From positions 930,001-994,000 of the forward strand of contig BROI01000002.1 of NCBI GenBank assembly GCA_027923505.1: 64,000 nt of DNA. Reading direction: 5' to 3'. The DNA is from Mayamaea pseudoterrestris. Its lineage: Eukaryota. Made by a program: the position numbers and the translations under genes. Positions within the stretch are counted from its first letter, which is position 1; each line of letters opens with the position of its first letter. A model generated the notes under the pieces. It was not told where the DNA came from and ran no database searches. It saw nothing but the letters and a program-made list of their open reading frames with translations. Positions 57,869-64,000 of the stretch are shown here, one piece after another.

Positions 57869-59806
57869 TCATCTCCCGACCGATTTAAATTGTGTGGATA
57901 GTGTGGCGAAGGTTGCAGGCAGCCTCGACAGATCTTCCCCGGTAGCGTGTGATTTTACTGCAACTTCACTCATCTCTTCGCCGTCCTCGCTCTCAATTTC
58001 ACTCAAAAGGCTCTCCTCTTCGTCTTCTTCCTCGTTGTTTTCGGCGGGACCGAATGCTCGCATAGCTAATCCACCCAGCCCTCGAGTGGGACGTCGCCGT
58101 CGTCGTTTCTTCCGCTCCAACTCATGTATAAAATCTTCCGCCTCGGGATCTGGTAAACTGTCCGCTGACATGTAAGCAGCTCCAACGAGGACACTCACAA
58201 GTAGATAAGGCCAGCCCGGTAGGGATGAGTCTTCTGAAATGGTCATCAAACCACCAAACAACAGAGGCCCAAATCCCTCCGTCAGTGCTTTGATGCCATT
58301 AATCGCTCCAAGGGCTTCTCCCACAGCCTCGGGTTCGACACTTCCACTGACAAGCGATGAAAGACTTGGATAAACCAAATTTCCTGCGAGCGAAAAACCT
58401 GCGCAGACAAACAAGTGCCAGCCTTCATACGCAAAGCCCAAAACAATGCATTGAAGACCAAACGATACCAGGCCAACCTTGATGGATGTCTTTTCTCCCA
58501 GCAACGGCACTGCAATTCTCACCAAGACAGCTTCCGCCACCATGGTGCACAGTCCCAAGACGGACATGAGCTCGCCAAGTCGTTCCGGCGATAGGTGAAA
58601 GTGCTTGACAGCGTATACTGAAAGCGTTGAAATCAAGGCCCAGAGTCCCGTGTAGTAGAGAAAGGCCACTTGTCCCACTTTGTACAGGAAATCATCAAAC
58701 AGAATAATTTGGAGGGACGTAATGGGGTTCCAAGATACTTGATGCTCCGAAACCAGTGATGCACTGCTGCTGACCGAGTTTGGTATAGAGTATTTGAGTT
58801 CCTTGCTTTCCGGGAGAATAAAGTAAATATATAGCAAATCCACCACTGTCAAGATGAATGAAAGAATAAAGACATATTGTCGGTTGCTTTGTGCCAGGTA
58901 TCCTCCAGCCATTGGACCAATGGTAAATGACAATCCAAAGGTCGCCAAGGCTAGTCCATAGGCCGACACTCGTTCATCCTGGTTGCGGACGGTATCGGAA
59001 ATGTATGCAAATACCAACGTAAATGTTGAGGCAAAGATGCCGGATAGTGAAAAGAGCACGACAAAGACAGTAATGGCGTACGGATGGATCTCCCCCATGC
59101 TAATTGTTGATTCGTCCATTGGCAACATGAAGGTTCCGTCAGCATCTTCGGCTTCGAGCATGGCGTCGATTGATGATGTATTGTATGATTGCTGCGCGAC
59201 ATTATTGTTTGAAAGTGTTGGTCCCCAGGAGAATAGCGCCAGAGAGCACACCGGGGCGCCTGTGATGGATGATGTGAGGCTCATGAGCATGAGGCGAAAC
59301 CATTCCGACCGAGCAAATGCCGCCAAGAGTCAGCAAAAACATCTATGCACCACATATATTTTCACTCTATTCATATACTCACAAGTCCCCATGACAGTAA
59401 CGAACAAACAAATTCGTCTACCAATAATGTCAGAAACTTTGCCAAACAATGGACACGCAAAGAACGCCAGCAAACCCCTGACAAATTCCGCCATTCCCAT
59501 GACTATATATACATGATCACGAAACTTGTGCAGCAGCAGCGCCGGCATCACGGCTCGCGTCAGTGCTAGCGCCAGAAACTCTAGCAGTAGCACTGGAAGT
59601 ACGTAGAGGTGCTGCCATTGTTCATTCTTGTCGTCGTGTGGCCGGTGGCGAGAGGCGGCGACGAACGGCGGAGGCTGCGAGGACGAAACTCTTCGTCCAT
59701 TTGCTTCGTCACTGAGGACAGGATAGTATAGTAGAGACATGTATTGATGGAATGACTTGGCGACAATATTATGGGGGTGCTTGCCATGGCCATGGTTGAC
59801 TCTCAT
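57869..59806 (-). CDS. MFSD14/HIAT1-like MFS transporter; 2 exons (59806..59383, 59259..57869)
   Basis: RGLLAFFACPLFGKVSDIIGRR, GT|CAP, SLSGIFASTFTLVFAYISD, ERVSAYGLALATFGLSFTIGP, GAINGIKALTEGFGP; 123-bp intron. Confidence 0.9.
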
Positions 59807-59832
59807 GGTCGTTTTTAGTCGGGCTTGAAAGA

Positions 59833-59868
59833 ATGTCGCTGCGGTACTGCTTGTCGTTGCGGTACTGC
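59833..59868. repeat. Imperfect 18-bp tandem duplication in a divergent intergenic region
   Basis: atgtcgctgcggtactgc / ttgtcgttgcggtactgc (16/18 identical). Confidence 0.8.
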
Positions 59869-59994
59869 ACGAGTGACAAAAAATGGGCAGCCGACCACCC
59901 ATCAAGAAGATTCAAATTCCATCGGCGATATAGAACTATAGACGGTCAAAGGATCAAAGAAAGGGCTCCCATATCATTTGTAAACACTAAAGCT

Positions 59995-62499
59995 ATGCTG
60001 AGAATTGCCATCCTGCTGCTTGGCGCTCAGACAAGTCAATGCTTTGTCCTCAAATCGAGCGCACCGTCATCATCATCCATGTTTATGTCATCACCTCCTC
60101 CCAAGAGTGGCAAGCAATACTTCAAAAAGAAGCCGACAAAGCACATTACCCTTGGCGAACTTCAAAACGAATTGAAACAGAATCCGCAGCAGTTTCAAAA
60201 GGCTGCAGACGCCAAGAACAAGAAAAAAACGTCGCGGCGGACACGGCGAAAAGTCGACCAACCGAAGCAAACGTACCTGTACAAGGCGCAGCGTGATCGA
60301 CAGCGAATCATGGAGCATGGCAGTAGTCATGATGCCATGGAAGCAAAAGCTACAGCAGCAGCAACTCCCATCATAAGTGACTCGGTGCGATTGGCCGCTC
60401 AACTTGGCTTGAAAGCGACTGCTCAGCACTGCGACGCCCCAGTTGACTCTGCCATGCAACCAATCGTATTGGGTCGGATCCGCGTCAAGGACGGGGACTC
60501 GAGTGGATCCTTTGCCTACGTTTTGGAAAAGCCTCCTGGTTGGGCCATTTTGGGAGGCAAAGAGTCTTCTGCTGCAGCATCAACTACAAATGATGCATCA
60601 AAGGACGCTGCGCCTGCTGCCAAGCCGCTGGATCGAAACAAGTTTCGTCGGCAAGTCAAGGCAAAGAATGACGACGGATCAATTGAAGTGATGGAATACA
60701 ATGAGCTTGACATTTTAGCGCTACTTACTCCTGAGGAGAGGGAGGAGTACCTTGAGCAACATGATGATTTGAAGGAATTGAAAGGTCACCAGCACATATC
60801 GGTAGTCGCCAGCCCTATTGCAGAGGAACATGTCAGTGAGTCTAGTGAAACGACTAAAGACGAGCATCATTTGGAGGTTGAATCATCTTCTAGAGAATTG
60901 GCTCCCGAAACGCTGCAAAACTTGAATCGCATTGCCGCGCGGGCCGCTTCCAATGCGGGCACAGCCACGTTTGCCAAGCATGCGGCGCGACGACCGTCGC
61001 TCGTGTCATGGTTCAAGGAGCACAAGCTGGAGCAAGATGGGACTATCATTCGGGGTGGAAACTTTTGGGTGGCATTGGCTGGAGCAACGGAGGTTGATGA
61101 CTCGGGTGCAGTGTTTTTGTGCCCAAGATCTGCTGTGAATGAACGAGGCATTTGTGTAGAAGCGATTGAGTACGTTGCTGTCGTTGGTAATGGTGGACAT
61201 GTTCAAACGTCCGTTTTGGCAGATAAAAGTTATGATGGCTTGGCAGTAGAGGTTATCGGCAAAATACGAATGGGCAGGGCTGACGATGTTATACAAGCGG
61301 CAAAGATTATGGTTCCAGAAGTAGTTTCGACGTGCTCGCATGTAGTTGGAATTTGCCAGCAACAATTCAGAGAAGGAGTTCGAGGTGACGTTGTTGCCAG
61401 TCCGTTGGATCGGCGAGCCTGGCGACGTTTGATCCACTGCAGCAAAATATCAATATCAAGCCTTGATTACGACGAAGATCTTACTGTCGAGACGACGCGA
61501 TTGCCGGACGATATTGTGCCGGTGATTAATCGAAGGCCGAACCAAAAGTTTATTGCTGGATCGTGGCTCGGGCGGACAGATCTGAGGGAGAATCCGCTAA
61601 CATCTGCATACAGAGAGATAAACGGTGCTGCAGATGGCTATCCGGGATGGACTGTAGACCGCTACGGACGATGGTTGTTGGTTCAGCACGATCCAGCCTA
61701 TCCTCGAGGCCCTCTGCCTTCTATTCACGACGGATATACGGCTGGTGTCTATTACTTGGAAGCCAGTCAGGATCGGACCGCAATGGGCAGCGCTGAAGTT
61801 CGACCGATTCTGCTGGAAGGTCAAAGTGCACCAGATTGGCTGTTGCCGATTAAAGAAAATGGAGTAACGTACCTCGCTTGTCTCGATAAGGATCTGTCGA
61901 CGGGCATCTTTTTGGATCAACGACCTAATCGTGCTTGGTTGGCACGAAATTGCTGTGCAGATACAAAAGTTTTAAATTGCTTTGCTCATAGCGGAGCATT
62001 TTCCGTTGCGGCTGCGACAGCTGGAGCCTCGACTGTTAGTATTGATCTGTCAAAAAAGTGGTTGGATCGGCTACCAGCGCAGTTTGAAGCCAACGGTATC
62101 GCGTTCGATCACAGTCATGACTGTATATACGGCGACTGTTTCGATTGGCTGGCAAAGCTGGCAAAACGGGGAGAGAAATACGATGTCGTTATACTTGACC
62201 CGCCAAGCACAAGCGTCAGCGGCATAAGCAAAAAGCGTTGGAGCGTTGCGAGTGATATGGATGCGCTTGTGGCGCTTGCTGCTCCTCTCGTAAAACGAGG
62301 AGGTCTTCTATGGACAACAACAAACAGTGGAAAAATATCAGCATCTAGATTTGCTCGCTCGTGCAAACGTGGGCTCGATGAGGCTGGCTGCGAGGCGAAA
62401 TTGGAGCGTCTACAGTCGATGCCAAACGACTTTCCATCAGTGGGTGCCCAACCTGTGAAGAACTTGGTCTGGAGAATTGTTTCTACTGACACGAAATAA
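59995..62499 (+). CDS. Plastid-targeted RlmI/RlmK-type SAM-dependent RNA methyltransferase with N-terminal degenerate pseudouridine-synthase-like region
   Basis: Signal peptide MLRIAILLLGAQTSQC-F; AYREINGAADGYPGWTVDRYG, STGIFLDQRPNR, VLNCFAHSGAFSV, IDLSKKWL, YDVVILDPPS. Confidence 0.85.
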   Translation: MLRIAILLLGAQTSQCFVLKSSAPSSSSMFMSSPPPKSGKQYFKKKPTKHITLGELQNELKQNPQQFQKAADAKNKKKTSRRTRRKVDQPKQTYLYKAQRDRQRIMEHGSSHDAMEAKATAAATPIISDSVRLAAQLGLKATAQHCDAPVDSAMQPIVLGRIRVKDGDSSGSFAYVLEKPPGWAILGGKESSAAASTTNDASKDAAPAAKPLDRNKFRRQVKAKNDDGSIEVMEYNELDILALLTPEEREEYLEQHDDLKELKGHQHISVVASPIAEEHVSESSETTKDEHHLEVESSSRELAPETLQNLNRIAARAASNAGTATFAKHAARRPSLVSWFKEHKLEQDGTIIRGGNFWVALAGATEVDDSGAVFLCPRSAVNERGICVEAIEYVAVVGNGGHVQTSVLADKSYDGLAVEVIGKIRMGRADDVIQAAKIMVPEVVSTCSHVVGICQQQFREGVRGDVVASPLDRRAWRRLIHCSKISISSLDYDEDLTVETTRLPDDIVPVINRRPNQKFIAGSWLGRTDLRENPLTSAYREINGAADGYPGWTVDRYGRWLLVQHDPAYPRGPLPSIHDGYTAGVYYLEASQDRTAMGSAEVRPILLEGQSAPDWLLPIKENGVTYLACLDKDLSTGIFLDQRPNRAWLARNCCADTKVLNCFAHSGAFSVAAATAGASTVSIDLSKKWLDRLPAQFEANGIAFDHSHDCIYGDCFDWLAKLAKRGEKYDVVILDPPSTSVSGISKKRWSVASDMDALVALAAPLVKRGGLLWTTTNSGKISASRFARSCKRGLDEAGCEAKLERLQSMPNDFPSVGAQPVKNLVWRIVSTDTK

Positions 62500-64000
62500 G
62501 GGGCCATGTTCCATTTTATCTGACCAAGGTTCTTTCCTGATCTGCCTTGGTTCTGAAAGGCAAGACTGAAAGGGTCGTCGCTGCGTCGGAGCAGTATTCC
62601 CACACATTTGATACGCAAATTGCTGTCTATCGCTAACAGAAATATTAACACATAAAGCGCTACCGTAGCGCCAATTAACTTTGATTACTAAGAGCTAAAG
62701 TATTTGAATTACTGTACCCACCACACGTCGCGCTGCTAATAGGACCCATCGGCCAATCAGACTTTGAATCAATGCGCTAAATGTTGCCATGAAGCCATGA
62801 AAGCTATCGTCATACCCATCGTGGCAGCCCGACAGCCCCAATGCAACGCTTTCGGTCGTAGAATAGCCAAATATGAATCACTCCAACTTCGACAAAGAAC
62901 GACTCTCCTCGTGTCGTAAATGGCATGTCGAGCTTGACCATAAAAGGCCATCCAATGGTTTTGTGTCACCTGGCAGCCAATTTAAATATTTATCAAACAG
63001 CTTTGGCCCGTCGCAAAGAACTCTGCAACGAGAAGGTTTGCGCAGAGTGATTTCGGACGCTACGATGGTACACATCGAATACTTGCTGTATATGAATTGA
63101 CACCCCTTTTCACCACCAACACACATCGCTTGCCAAAAATGTTCGTAGTAAGACCCCAACATGCTCACGTGGGAACTGTTGAGACCCGTCGTTCCTGCAC
63201 TCTGAGAGTACTCCATCATGGTTACCAAGAAAGTCATGTATGCCATGCGCGCGCGGATATCCAAATGCGGCTCTCCGTCACCTCCCGTCAAGCGTGGAGA
63301 AGATGTTGCTAAATCGTTACAATTCTTACATGCCGACGAGCGGCAGGTGGAGCGCACCTTCCTTTATTCTGCTTGGTGCCCGCGTCGCATGCAAGACAGA
63401 CAAGTGTCAGCTATCGCATGCTGCGTCACTTTGAAGTGACTTTGTAAATTGCTTGGTACTGGTTGTTATGGCGGAAGCCATTGCTCGACGTAGTTGATTG
63501 CTGCGTGATGTAATTCTTATTGACCAACACACTCTCGAACAACCATCAAGTTTTAAAACTTCGCTTTCGATAGAACATGCACGATGAGCGTCGCGAGCGT
63601 AGAGGACAGCAGTGGCGGGAGCATGCAGAAAACCACGCAACAAAATAAATCGCCATAGAGCACAGCCGTTTACCACACCGCATCAAGCACATAAAAGAGT
63701 TCCATATAGGCCTCAATCAAGCTCATCCAAGCAGAAAATATTATTCGAAAAAAGCCGCACGTTACCGTTATAACACAGGGTCTGGCCGGCACAGAACTTG
63801 CATCGAAGAAATTTCGAGCCCGACACGCACATCGCATATGCAAGCTAAGAGCGCATCGAGCCGGACAAAGACGCACTTTTGTCGGTACAATTGCACTGGG
63901 GAGCCACACTTGTTGTACCGCCCGATGCACTGCTACACTTAACAGATAAAGTCGAATTCACAGGTACATTGGAAAGCTATGAATCACGTTTGCGAGAATG

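Noticed and set aside
62878..62880. TGA as a selenocysteine codon
   Set aside because: No redox-motif context (UxxC/CxxU) and no SECIS recognised.
1..64000. CRISPR arrays, rRNA, tRNA, snRNA or intact transposons
   Set aside because: I saw no regularly spaced repeats, cloverleaf or snRNA signatures, transposase/RT ORFs or terminal repeats by eye. Short ncRNAs cannot be excluded without a covariance-model search.

Overview
Gene-dense eukaryotic nuclear DNA, most consistent with a diatom. The evidence is short GT-AG introns (mostly 65-190 bp), signal-peptide-plus-F/W plastid presequences, and DUF6824, DUF285 and Lsi2-like genes. About 31 protein-coding genes could be reconstructed by eye, many needing splicing: SEC24, MATE, complex I NUXM, golgin-84, DUF285/BspA, BSD, CCT, Rad60-SLD, Lsi2-like, TerC, UBL3/MUB, BT1, a GAF-like TKL kinase, zf-CW, SmD2, YJU2, cold-shock protein, USP48, DUF6824, M14 peptidase, MYCBP, MMAA, TRMO, PsbQ-like, cyclin B, PIG-S, ABC1K, TMEM144, LPCAT, MFSD14 and a plastid RNA methyltransferase. 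I saw no rRNA, tRNA, CRISPR array or intact transposon, and no convincing multi-gene novel system. The best leads are at gene level: (1) an Lsi2-like candidate silicon-efflux transporter with RxL sites, paired DxDGN motifs and a possibly intron-split start codon; (2) a plastid protein fusing a degenerate RluA pseudouridine-synthase fold to an RlmI/K-type methyltransferase; (3) an in-frame TAA in an otherwise intact PsbQ-like gene; (4) a GAF-like TKL kinase; (5) a Sec24 with a C-terminal polyproline tail; (6) recurring spacings between divergent genes. All family calls come from motif recognition, not database searches.
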